Below are positions 26,504-35,194 of a stretch of DNA of 64,000 nucleotides, in pieces (the stretch's first letter is position 1; every line of letters starts with the position of its first letter). The notes below the pieces were generated by a model that saw only the letters and a program-made list of their open reading frames with translations, ran no database searches and had not been told where the DNA came from. Both the position numbers and the translations under genes were made by a program. Origin of the DNA: a bacterium (GTDB taxonomy: Bacteria; UBA8248); NCBI GenBank assembly GCA_965261085.1, contig OZ253442.1, positions 480,001 through 544,000 on the forward strand, written 5' to 3'.

Positions 26504-26836
26504 ATGACGGAATACGAAGCCGCAAGCCTCGCCCTGCAACAAGCCGCCCTCGCGGCGCAACAAGCCGCCCTCTCGGCGCAACAAGCCTCCGTATGGGTCG
26601 CCGCCATCGTCGGGGCCGCGCAATGCTCTCTGATCGGTTATGGACTCTACATCATGCGCCGGGCCGCGATTCACCGCGACGCCCAACATAGAGAAACCAT
26701 GGCGGCCCTAAATGGTCGGCAGGAGGCGCAAAGCCACCAGCATCGAGAAACCATGAAGGCGCTGGAAGGCCAACAAACGGCGCTCATCGAGCTCATCCGA
26801 CGCACGTCCGCGTCGTCTGCGCCACAGGACAGTTAA
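26504..26836 (+). CDS. Small membrane protein with heptad repeats
   Basis: GGAG RBS; 21-bp tandem units (AALAAQQ/AALSAQQ), one hydrophobic segment, duplicated QHRETMxAL. Confidence 0.7.
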   Translation: MTEYEAASLALQQAALAAQQAALSAQQASVWVAAIVGAAQCSLIGYGLYIMRRAAIHRDAQHRETMAALNGRQEAQSHQHRETMKALEGQQTALIELIRRTSASSAPQDS

Positions 26837-26870
26837 ACACGCGAGGGCGGCTACTTCACTGCCTCCGCCG

Positions 26871-27089
26871 TCATGTTTTCCCCCTCACCCCGCCCGTCGT
26901 CACCAGCGCGACGTTGCACTCGCTCACGGGCTTCGCCGGCGGCGTCCAGGGCGTGAACGCAGGCCCCGCGCGATACCCGGCCATCTCGGCGGAAAAATCC
27001 CTGTTCCCAGACCACTTTTTCACCAGACCCGGATACCGCGTCAGCAGACGCGCCACCATCCTGTCCTTCCACCTGCGCAAGCTCATCAT
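26871..27089 (-). pseudogene. Truncated second copy of the 5' end of the PrdB-family selenoprotein gene
   Basis: 26886-27087 is a 202-bp direct repeat of 25593-25794 with roughly ten substitutions; homology ends after VTTGGV. Confidence 0.85.
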
Positions 27090-27212
27090 AGTGTCCTGTT
27101 CGTCGGGGGAATCGTTATTCAGCGGCGACCATCCCATGAATCAGCGGAAAACCCCAGCGCAACCAGCGGTCGGACGCGCTTTGTGGATGATTATCTCGTA
27201 GAAGTATGAATA

Positions 27213-27449
27213 CTATGATGGAAGAACTAGAGACGGCCAGAAATATTTAATAATCGTAATGGCTAGGCCTATACTTGCGACTATCCCGGTTATCACGCCT
27301 CTCAATATCCAAACTTTCAGATTGGTAACGTCTTTTTGGGTGGCACAATGTTTAAGTTCGGCTTCTATAGCTGCTATTCGTTCCCCATGTTTAGCTATAT
27401 CATTTTGCAATAGACGTGAGGGTGAAAGGGTTTCACCTTCGCTCATCAT
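27213..27449 (-). CDS. Small coiled-coil protein with a C-terminal transmembrane segment
   Basis: HGERIAAIEAELKHCATQKDV followed by a hydrophobic tail; GGAG RBS. Confidence 0.65.
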   Translation of the reverse strand: MMSEGETLSPSRLLQNDIAKHGERIAAIEAELKHCATQKDVTNLKVWILRGVITGIVASIGLAITIIKYFWPSLVLPS

Positions 27450-27472
27450 GGTCTCCCTGCGAGACTATATTG

Positions 27473-27742
27473 CTAATCCTCAATTCCTAGCGCCTTCAAA
27501 GAATAAAACTGGGCATTGCCGCAATTATTGCAGACAAGCACAGCCATTAAGAATCCCTCTTCCATTCTTGTCATGCCATCTCTCCAAATCAACTGTGTTA
27601 CAACGTGTTCCCCGGTTGATTTGCCTTTGTGCCCACATTGCGTACACGTCCCCACATTGGGATTACGTTGTCGCATAGTATTCAAAAAACGTTCACGCCA
27701 ATCGGCAGTAGGTTTAGCTGTATTTTTTTCGGGTTCAGACAT
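27473..27742 (-). CDS. Small zinc-ribbon hypothetical protein
   Basis: CTQCG...CNNCG; GAGG RBS. Confidence 0.7.
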   Translation of the reverse strand: MSEPEKNTAKPTADWRERFLNTMRQRNPNVGTCTQCGHKGKSTGEHVVTQLIWRDGMTRMEEGFLMAVLVCNNCGNAQFYSLKALGIED

Positions 27743-27900
27743 CTCGTATCCTCTTCAGTTTGCAAGTGGGAACAATTAACACAATATATTGCGCCAACCG
27801 GGTGGTCAAGATAACATCAGGCCCATCTGTAGGGCTAGCATTAGTTCCTATCCAGCCCATTGCGCCATTTACCGAAGTCGATCAGGTTGCGAAGAAAAAG

Positions 27901-28977
27901 TTAATACTGCTCCGTTTCGTCTGTGCTCGGCTCTACGAATTCATCCTCGTTGTCTGGACCAAGAAAACCTTCCAATTCTCCCGAACGAAGCACAGGAATC
28001 TCCAGATAGCGACCCCACAGTAAGCGTGCTTCATCAGAGGCTTCTCCGTTGCCCTTGATACGAAGTTTCACGGAATCATCCCTCTTAAAAATGGTGGAGT
28101 AAAACTTCTGAACAGCGTAATTTATACTGTCGACCTCATAAAAATAAAAACGTCCAGTTCCACGAGGCTCCCAGTTTGGAGTCACAATTGACTTCTTCCG
28201 ATTATCAAAGCTGACGTAATGAATGCGAGCCAATCGAGTCTGGTGATAATAAAGTTCGTAAAATCCGGCATGATTGTTGTCTGTACGAATCTCTCCGCGT
28301 GTCCATTCCTGATAACAATCCATGTAATCTTCAGCGTCAGTGGCTCTTAGCGTGAACTCGGGAAAAATTTTGTGATAAGAATCCGCATTACTTCTAAAAC
28401 TTTCGGGCAATGGTGACCAGGCATCAGGTTCCCGCAAATACCGCTTGGCCCTTTCAAAGGGAGGAATATCCAAACCAAAGCGTTCACGCCACATCCGTTC
28501 AACCTCGTGGGGCTGCGCAGCGTTATTTGGCGGGGTGTTCGTATCACAGATACGCGTATAAACATGGTGAGCGGGAATCTTTTTATATCTCTCAACGAGA
28601 TAGTAAGGCTTATGTGGAGCATCCTCGATTACCAAGACATCTAGTAATGTTCCTTCGATCGTGATTTCTTGCAAATAGAATTCAGGAAATCTGGATTGAA
28701 AAAACTTATTGGCATTATCGCGAAACCAACCAGCTAAATCTGTCTGAGTTCTCCGTCCGGAATCCTTATCTATTGAATGCAAATGGAAGCTATCAGGATC
28801 AACCCCGTATACCAAAAACCGAGCCCCATCATGTTTGGCGTTCGCCAGACATAGGACATCATGAATTAAATCATCTTTGTTTTTGTGATGCTCGAACTTG
28901 AAATCCCAATACGTTCCCTCGGCTTTCCGCTTTACAAGATTCGAGATGGTAACCTTTAGGGCGTCTTCTTTGATCAT
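27901..28977 (-). CDS. AlbA_2/Schlafen-domain protein, possibly slightly C-truncated
   Basis: EGTYWDFK, LIHDVLCLAN, FLVYGV, HKPYYL, YTRICDTNTP; the frame stays open for 19 more codons after TAA 27901-27903. Confidence 0.8.
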   Translation of the reverse strand: MIKEDALKVTISNLVKRKAEGTYWDFKFEHHKNKDDLIHDVLCLANAKHDGARFLVYGVDPDSFHLHSIDKDSGRRTQTDLAGWFRDNANKFFQSRFPEFYLQEITIEGTLLDVLVIEDAPHKPYYLVERYKKIPAHHVYTRICDTNTPPNNAAQPHEVERMWRERFGLDIPPFERAKRYLREPDAWSPLPESFRSNADSYHKIFPEFTLRATDAEDYMDCYQEWTRGEIRTDNNHAGFYELYYHQTRLARIHYVSFDNRKKSIVTPNWEPRGTGRFYFYEVDSINYAVQKFYSTIFKRDDSVKLRIKGNGEASDEARLLWGRYLEIPVLRSGELEGFLGPDNEDEFVEPSTDETEQY

Positions 28978-29071
28978 ACTCGTCTTATCCTCACCCGTAC
29001 TTCCAACAACCCCACTCTTTCCCACGCAATGCGAAGTCATCGCTAACCTCGCTCATCCGGCTTCCTGTCGT

Positions 29072-29653
29072 TTATTTCTCTTTTGGTTCGAATTTCCTGA
29101 TCAGCCAATCGAGCGCGGCTTTTTGGTCGGCGGCGGATGCGCGGCGCAGTTGAGAGAGGAGCCACGCATGACTCGGCGGCTCCTGAACCACGTTCTTCGC
29201 CCCCTGATTGCAGGTGCTGCACAGAGCGCGAAGGTTCGAGAGTTCATCGGAGCCGCCGTGACTGTGATCCACGACGTGGCCGATATGCAGCCGCACCTTC
29301 CGGGCCGGGTTCAGATCGTCGTCATCGCCGGCCCCCGCACCGCACATCTGGCAGGTATAGCCGTTTCGCTCCAAAACCTGGGCGCGTACGCGGGTCGATA
29401 TGGGACGTGTGAATCGGTAGGCGTCGTGAACGGGTGGTTCGGAAACCAGTTTGTACTCACCGGGCTTCAAGGCGCCGTCGTCGTTGTGGGTGACGATCGG
29501 CCAGCCCTCGTCGTTTCGCAACTCACGCACCCGACGCGCCCATTCCGTCACGTGCAACCCGGCGGCCTCCCGTATCTGCCCGGAGGTGACGACTCGCCCT
29601 ACGTTGGCGCGTAAAAACTCGCGGATGCGAGCTTTGGAACCTCTACGGGACAT
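29072..29653 (-). CDS. HNH restriction endonuclease resembling R.KpnI
   Basis: FLRANVGRVVTSGQI, WARRVRELRNDEGWPI, QVLERNGYTCQMCG, LHIGH, LRALCSTCN, DQKAALDWL follow the recalled KpnI sequence along its length. Confidence 0.78.
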   Translation of the reverse strand: MSRRGSKARIREFLRANVGRVVTSGQIREAAGLHVTEWARRVRELRNDEGWPIVTHNDDGALKPGEYKLVSEPPVHDAYRFTRPISTRVRAQVLERNGYTCQMCGAGAGDDDDLNPARKVRLHIGHVVDHSHGGSDELSNLRALCSTCNQGAKNVVQEPPSHAWLLSQLRRASAADQKAALDWLIRKFEPKEK

Positions 29654-30376
29654 TCATCCGACCTTGCGAAATGTATGCCGCATTAATTCCTGCCCGATGA
29701 ACCGGGAATAGACCGGCGGTATCGCTTCGTTGATTTCTTTTTTCATCATCCAATCGATTCCCATCGCATCGCGCGCGGCGGCGATGGTGCAATTACCGCC
29801 GCCTGTCACCTGAACGTAGTCCGTCCACTCGTCGGTCTTGCCGTAATGCGATTTTCTCCTATCGAACGTGTGGACCAGCGGATGCGGCTTGTGCGGCGGA
29901 GCGGTGATGGGGAAGTTCGTCTCGAACAATCTGTGCCGAAGCACGCGCAATTCATCGAACATCGTCCCGCACAGCACGATGTAATCGCGAAGCGGGGAGC
30001 CTTCGACGTTCTCGATGACGTAGGGCCGATTGGTCTGAACGAGCATGTCGCGCACCGCTCCGACCAAATCGGGCCACTCATGGGCGTTGCCGTTGCGCTT
30101 CGCCAGGTCAGAATAGGCCTGGCAAGGCGGTGAGGCGTGAATCACGTCGAACGATGCGAGAAAATCGGCATCGAGCGTCATCGCGTCCGCTTGAATGAAC
30201 GGGAACGGGTAATTCGGCTGGGGCTTGACGTCTACGCCGACAACGTCGAATCCGGCCTGGTGATATCCGAGGGCGGCCCCGCCGGCGCAACAAAAAAGGT
30301 CGAGCAATTTTGGTCGGGCCGCCATTGGATAAGCCTCCATACTCGAATCTTCTTCTTTTTTCGGGCGTAGGTTCAT
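29654..30376 (-). CDS. Short DNA cytosine-5 methyltransferase
   Basis: Motif I LDLFCCAGG, IV SPPCQ, VI IENV, VIII RHRLF, X EAIPP; the start may be 30340. Confidence 0.87.
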   Translation of the reverse strand: MNLRPKKEEDSSMEAYPMAARPKLLDLFCCAGGAALGYHQAGFDVVGVDVKPQPNYPFPFIQADAMTLDADFLASFDVIHASPPCQAYSDLAKRNGNAHEWPDLVGAVRDMLVQTNRPYVIENVEGSPLRDYIVLCGTMFDELRVLRHRLFETNFPITAPPHKPHPLVHTFDRRKSHYGKTDEWTDYVQVTGGGNCTIAAARDAMGIDWMMKKEINEAIPPVYSRFIGQELMRHTFRKVG

Positions 30377-30383
30377 AGTATAT

Positions 30384-30851
30384 CTATTTTCGCTTTTTGT
30401 CCACCTCGGGCGACAAAAAATCGACGAGTCTGGATTCGAGTTTCGATTTATCTTTCGTCTCGCATTCCCAGACGATCAGCGCATCCCACCCGAGCCGGTG
30501 AAGATCGGCTATTTTCTGCCGATCGCGGACGACGTTCACCCTGAATTTCTCCTCCCAGAAGGAAGTTCGCGTTTTCGGGGTGGTCGTCCTGTGGCATCCC
30601 TCGTGCCTGTGCCAGAAGCAGCCGTGAACGAAGATCGCCTTCTTGCGACCGAGGAAACAGATGTCGGGCGTTCCGGGGATATCCTTGCGATGCAGGCGAT
30701 AGCGGCAGCCGAGGCTATGCAGAAGTCTGCGAACGATCAACTCCGGCTTGGTGTCCTTCTGTCCGACGCGCGCCATCATCGCCCGCCGCTCGGGCGATGG
30801 CTCAGGTTCTCTCACCGGCTTCTGCGACGCTCGGCGGGGCATGGTCGCCAA
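30384..30851 (-). CDS. vsr: Very short patch repair endonuclease
   Basis: MARVGQKDTKPEL, PGTPDI, FVHGCFWHRH, VWECE. Confidence 0.93.
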   Translation of the reverse strand: MATMPRRASQKPVREPEPSPERRAMMARVGQKDTKPELIVRRLLHSLGCRYRLHRKDIPGTPDICFLGRKKAIFVHGCFWHRHEGCHRTTTPKTRTSFWEEKFRVNVVRDRQKIADLHRLGWDALIVWECETKDKSKLESRLVDFLSPEVDKKRK

Positions 30852-30864
30852 TGCTTCCCCCCCC

Positions 30865-31329
30865 TCACTCGGTCAGGCCGCGTCTGGCTCTCGTTCGGGC
30901 GTCGAGGGAGAGGGGTCCGCTTCCCAGGAGAAGAACCGCGATCGTGGCGAGCAGGAGGAAAAGGGAGTATTCGTATCCACCGGCGACGGCGGCGCCGGTC
31001 TCGGGGTTCGTGACGATACCGCGCATGAAAAAGCCCTGATCGAAATGCACCAGCGCAGCGACGCCCGTCATGATGACGGCGTTCATCAAGGCGCCCAGGC
31101 GGGCGTAGAACCCGAGGAGCAGGAGCGCCCCGCCGAACAGATGGCCCAGCACGACGGCCCACGCCCCGATGGTGGGCAGAGGGATACCCATCGATGCGTT
31201 CAGGGCGGCGAGGCGCTCCACGCCGACCACCAGAAAGCCGTAATAACCATGAAGGATGTAGTAGACGCCCAGGGAGACGCGAAGCAAAGCGATTCCGTAT
31301 GTCTGATACGGCTTCAACCTCGGGTTCAT
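30865..31329 (-). CDS. DoxX-family membrane protein
   Basis: LLRVSLG..HG, GGYEY, GSGPLSLD. Confidence 0.88.
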   Translation of the reverse strand: MNPRLKPYQTYGIALLRVSLGVYYILHGYYGFLVVGVERLAALNASMGIPLPTIGAWAVVLGHLFGGALLLLGFYARLGALMNAVIMTGVAALVHFDQGFFMRGIVTNPETGAAVAGGYEYSLFLLLATIAVLLLGSGPLSLDARTRARRGLTE

Positions 31330-31537
31330 CGACTCTCCCCCGCTTTGTGTAAAAAGGCATCTTCTCGCAATTGCGCGGATATCGCCACCCTTTTCTCGAA
31401 CACCAGAGCGATTTCACCCGCGCGTGAAATATGGTAGAAGCAAAACGTGGTTCGGGCGACATGCGCCTGGCCGCGAAACATACGGGCAGCCGCTCCTCTC
31501 GCGACGCAACCCCAAACACGAAAGCAGCCATCCGAAT

Positions 31538-32254
31538 ATGAGCGAATCCGAGAAAAAACTATCCTATAAGAACTTCATCATTCCGCTGGTTCTGGTCGTC
31601 GTCCTGGCGCTTTTCTTCTACTCGGGCCTGGGCCGATACCTCTCTTTCGAGGCTTTGAGGGAAAACCAGGGCGCACTCAAAGAGTGGGTGCGCGCGAACG
31701 GCGCGCTCGCCGTCATCGCCTACATGCTCACCTACGCGGCGGTGACTATCTTCTCACTCCCCGGCGGGTTGGTGATGAGCATCACCGGCGGATTCCTGTT
31801 CGGGACCCTCTGGGGCGCGCTCTACATCGTCGTGGGCGCAACGACGGGGGCGACCATTCTCTTCATCGCGGCCAAGACCTCGCTCGGTGACCCCCTTCGC
31901 GCGAAGGCGGGGCCCTGGCTCCAGAAGATGGAAGAAGGTTTTCAGGAAAACGCTCTGAGTTATCTGCTGGTACTAAGGCTCGTGCCCCTGTTTCCATTTT
32001 TCGTGGTGAATCTGGTGCCCGCTTTTCTGGGCGTGTCGCTTGGCGTCTACTTTATCGGCACGTTCCTGGGGATAATCCCCGGGTCGTTCGTCTTCGCCTC
32101 GGTGGGCGCAGGGCTCGGCAGCTTATTCGAGGCGGGGGGCGAGTTCTCCGCCAAGGGAATACTCACGCCACAGGTCATCATCGCGCTGGTGGGACTCGCA
32201 GCGCTCTCGCTCATCCCCGTGATCTACAAGAAGCTCAAGTCGAAAAAAGACTGA
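31538..32254 (+). CDS. TVP38/TMEM64 (DedA/VTT) membrane protein
   Basis: SLPGG...GGFLFG, LRLVPLFPFFVVN. Confidence 0.9.
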   Translation: MSESEKKLSYKNFIIPLVLVVVLALFFYSGLGRYLSFEALRENQGALKEWVRANGALAVIAYMLTYAAVTIFSLPGGLVMSITGGFLFGTLWGALYIVVGATTGATILFIAAKTSLGDPLRAKAGPWLQKMEEGFQENALSYLLVLRLVPLFPFFVVNLVPAFLGVSLGVYFIGTFLGIIPGSFVFASVGAGLGSLFEAGGEFSAKGILTPQVIIALVGLAALSLIPVIYKKLKSKKD

Positions 32255-32261
32255 CCCCGCC

Positions 32262-33038
32262 TCAGTGCGGCTTATCTGCCGTGAACAGGTACCTGTAATG
32301 CGCGAAGAAATAAGCGCCCGCCTCGCCTTGTTCCCGCACGTCGTCCGCCCAGGCATCCACCTCTTCCTGCGTGAGACCAGTGCGCCCCGGGACGACGCCC
32401 TGAATCAGGCGGATGAAGTGAAAGCTGAAGCCCTCGGGCCCGTAGACGGTGTTGAGAACGGGAATCGCGTGGGCGGAAGCATCGAGGAAGCCCGCCGCCT
32501 CGAGCTTGGACTTGAGCGTGAGCGGAAGCCTCAGATGGGCGAAGCCCTCCAGCCAGCCAGCCATCACCCGCTCGCAGAGCGCCGCATCCTTACAGTGCCA
32601 CGTCGTGGCGCCCCAGTCGGCGTCGCTGACCGCGAGTCGTCCACCGGGCTTCAACACGCGGTGAATCTCGCGCAAGGCCGCATCCACGTCAGCCACGAAC
32701 TCGAGCGTCTGTACGCTCACGCAGGCGTCGAAATCCCCATCTTCGAACGGGAGTGATACGGCGTCGGCGATTTGAAAGTCGACCCAGGGTTTATCGGCGC
32801 AGCGCGCCCGGGCGATCTCGATCATCGATTCGCTCAGGTCGACGCCGCGCACGCATCCGGTGGGGCCGACCATTTGCGCCATCTCATCGGCGAATAGACC
32901 GGGGCCCGAGCCCACGTCCAGAACGCCCGCGCCGGCGGCGAGGCCTAACGCCTCTATCGTCCGCCGTCTGACCTCCACCATGTCCCGAGTCTGGTATATG
33001 GCTTCGGCCCGGCGCGAGGCGTTCTCATCAAAATCCAT
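32262..33038 (-). CDS. Class I SAM-dependent methyltransferase (UbiE-like)
   Basis: VLDVGSGPG, GVDLS, LPFEDGDFD, RVLKPGG. Confidence 0.88.
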   Translation of the reverse strand: MDFDENASRRAEAIYQTRDMVEVRRRTIEALGLAAGAGVLDVGSGPGLFADEMAQMVGPTGCVRGVDLSESMIEIARARCADKPWVDFQIADAVSLPFEDGDFDACVSVQTLEFVADVDAALREIHRVLKPGGRLAVSDADWGATTWHCKDAALCERVMAGWLEGFAHLRLPLTLKSKLEAAGFLDASAHAIPVLNTVYGPEGFSFHFIRLIQGVVPGRTGLTQEEVDAWADDVREQGEAGAYFFAHYRYLFTADKPH

Positions 33039-33110
33039 CGTGTCGCTCACAGGCGCGCTCCGGTCAGGGGGTTCATTATCTCTGGACGGGTTCGGTTTGC
33101 GCATTCTCCC

Positions 33111-33138
33111 GTAGGGGCGGTTCGCGAACCGCCCCTAC
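33111..33138. repeat. Perfect GTAG REP palindrome
   Basis: gtaggggcggttcgcgaaccgcccctac. Confidence 0.85.
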
Positions 33139-33191
33139 CTCTTTTCGGGAACCGCGATTGATTACCGGAGAAATCCGCCGGAGAGAACCTT

Positions 33192-33587
33192 CTACGCGTC
33201 CTTGAAATACTCTGTGTCCTCGGGCCGGGGCTTCCAGTTGGGGTTGGTGGGCCATTCCAGGTGGCGCGAAACCTTATCGCCGCCGTAGCGCACCCGGTAG
33301 AGCAGCGTGCGCTCCGAGCCGTTGGTGTATTCATGCGCCTCGCCCGGAGGGTGAACGATGAAAGAACCGGGGATGACGTCCACTTCGCCGGTGGGGGTCT
33401 TCATCCTGCCGCCGCCCTTGTAGCAGAAATAAATCTCCGTCGCGTGGGGGTGGCAATGGTAGGGGCTCACCTGCCCGGGCTCCCAGCAGGCCACCGTCAC
33501 GTCGCCCTCCTCGAAGCGGCCCAAAATCTTCTCCACGTGCTTTTCCTTGCTGAATTCCTTTTCTTTCTCCAGATCGAAAACGTGCAT
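33192..33587 (-). CDS. Cupin-domain protein
   Basis: PGQVSPYHCHPHATE...PPGEAH. Confidence 0.85.
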   Translation of the reverse strand: MHVFDLEKEKEFSKEKHVEKILGRFEEGDVTVACWEPGQVSPYHCHPHATEIYFCYKGGGRMKTPTGEVDVIPGSFIVHPPGEAHEYTNGSERTLLYRVRYGGDKVSRHLEWPTNPNWKPRPEDTEYFKDA

Positions 33588-33651
33588 CTTCTTCTCCTGT
33601 GTGCGTGACTACAAAACAAGCCGCTCGATAAGCGGCCCTCATGAACTCCCT

Positions 33652-35016
33652 CTACAATTGGCTAAACTCCTCACATATCGCGGCCATCCACTTGGCCCCG
33701 TCTATCAAGTCTGCGATTTTCAGGTTCTCGTTCGCGCTGTGCGTGCGCGAGGTAATGCGGCCCACGCCGGTGGAAGACAGCGGCATCCCCAGATGCTTGA
33801 GGACAATCCAGGTCGGCGTGCTCCCGCTTCCAAACGGATTGATAATGGCGTCCTCCCCGTAAAGCCTCTGCGACGCTGCGTTGCACGCCTTGACGACCTC
33901 GGCCTCGGGGTCGCTCTTCGCCGGATAGGAGGTGAACAGAAGCTCCACGCCGATGTCCTCGAAGCCGTGCTTGTCCAGATGCGCGCGCACGCAGTCCCTT
34001 ATCTTGTAAGGGTCCTGGTTCGGCACGAGGCGACAGTCCACCTTGGCCCGCGCGCGGGCGGAGACGATGGTCTTCACCCCCTCGCCGGTGTAGCCGCCGT
34101 CAAAGCCCGCGATGTTGAAGGTGGGGTTCGCGAGATGGCGGCGGGGGAGGTCCTCGTCCTTGAGATCGAGGAGGAATTTACGCAACTCGAACTTCTCGAG
34201 CCGCTCGGCGCCGTTGTAGGGCGGCACGCGGCGGATGAGTTCGTCTTCTATCTCCGTGATGGGCAGCACGTCGTCATAAAAGCCCTCCACCAGCACGTTC
34301 TCGTCCCGGTCCTTCATGGTCGAGAGCGCCCACGTTATCCGCCAGGCCGCGTTCTCGTAAATCTGGGCGTTCGAGCTGTGGAAATCCACGTTCGCCGTCC
34401 GGCACGTGAGCTCCATGTAGCAAAGGCCCTTGTTGCCGAGCGAGAGCACGGGGATGTCCACCCGCGTGGTGTTGTCCTCCCAGACGCAGCCGTCCGCCGC
34501 GAGCAAATCCGCGTTTTCCTTCACGAAAGGCTCGAGCGAGGGGCTTCCCACCTCTTCTTCTCCCTCGATGATGTACTTGACCGAGCAGGGAAGCTCGCCG
34601 CGCACCGCAAGGAACGCCTCGAACGCCGCCAAGCGGCTCATGATGTTGCCCTTGTTGTCCGTCGCGCCGCGCGCGATGACGTGGCCATCGACCACCTCGG
34701 CGTCAAAGGGCGGGCTGCTCCACTCAGAAAGCGGTTCCGCCGGCTGCACGTCGTAGTGGTTGTAGAAGAGAAGCGTCTTATCCCCTCTTCCTTTAAGACG
34801 CGCGGTGAGAATCGGGTTGCCCCCCGTCTCATGGAGCGTCGTCTCTAAGCCCGAGCGCGCCACGCGGGCTTCCAGCAGGGCGGACATCTCCCGCACGCCG
34901 ACGTTGGTCGTCGAGATGCTCGGCTGGCGGCAGAGTTCCTGCAAATCCGCCACGAAGCGCTCCGCATTCGTATCGATATAGTCCAGCACGGCGCCGAAGT
35001 CTTTTCCCTCGCTCAT
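33652..35016 (-). CDS. M20/M25/M40 metallopeptidase
   Basis: YNHYDVQP, ARGATDNKG, EGEEEVGS, HSANE. Confidence 0.92.
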   Translation of the reverse strand: MSEGKDFGAVLDYIDTNAERFVADLQELCRQPSISTTNVGVREMSALLEARVARSGLETTLHETGGNPILTARLKGRGDKTLLFYNHYDVQPAEPLSEWSSPPFDAEVVDGHVIARGATDNKGNIMSRLAAFEAFLAVRGELPCSVKYIIEGEEEVGSPSLEPFVKENADLLAADGCVWEDNTTRVDIPVLSLGNKGLCYMELTCRTANVDFHSSNAQIYENAAWRITWALSTMKDRDENVLVEGFYDDVLPITEIEDELIRRVPPYNGAERLEKFELRKFLLDLKDEDLPRRHLANPTFNIAGFDGGYTGEGVKTIVSARARAKVDCRLVPNQDPYKIRDCVRAHLDKHGFEDIGVELLFTSYPAKSDPEAEVVKACNAASQRLYGEDAIINPFGSGSTPTWIVLKHLGMPLSSTGVGRITSRTHSANENLKIADLIDGAKWMAAICEEFSQL

Positions 35017-35194
35017 CACACACTCCTCTTTCCGCAAAATGTCCGCGGTTCGCTCTTCGGTTTGATTATCAGCGTGGAACAAAGATATGATCCTCAGCGC
35101 TTACATTCAACCCGAAAACCCGCATTCGCGCGACTTGAAACCGGGCGTTCATCCGCTCCGGCGCATACCGAATGCGGCCCAAAGGAGGACATTC

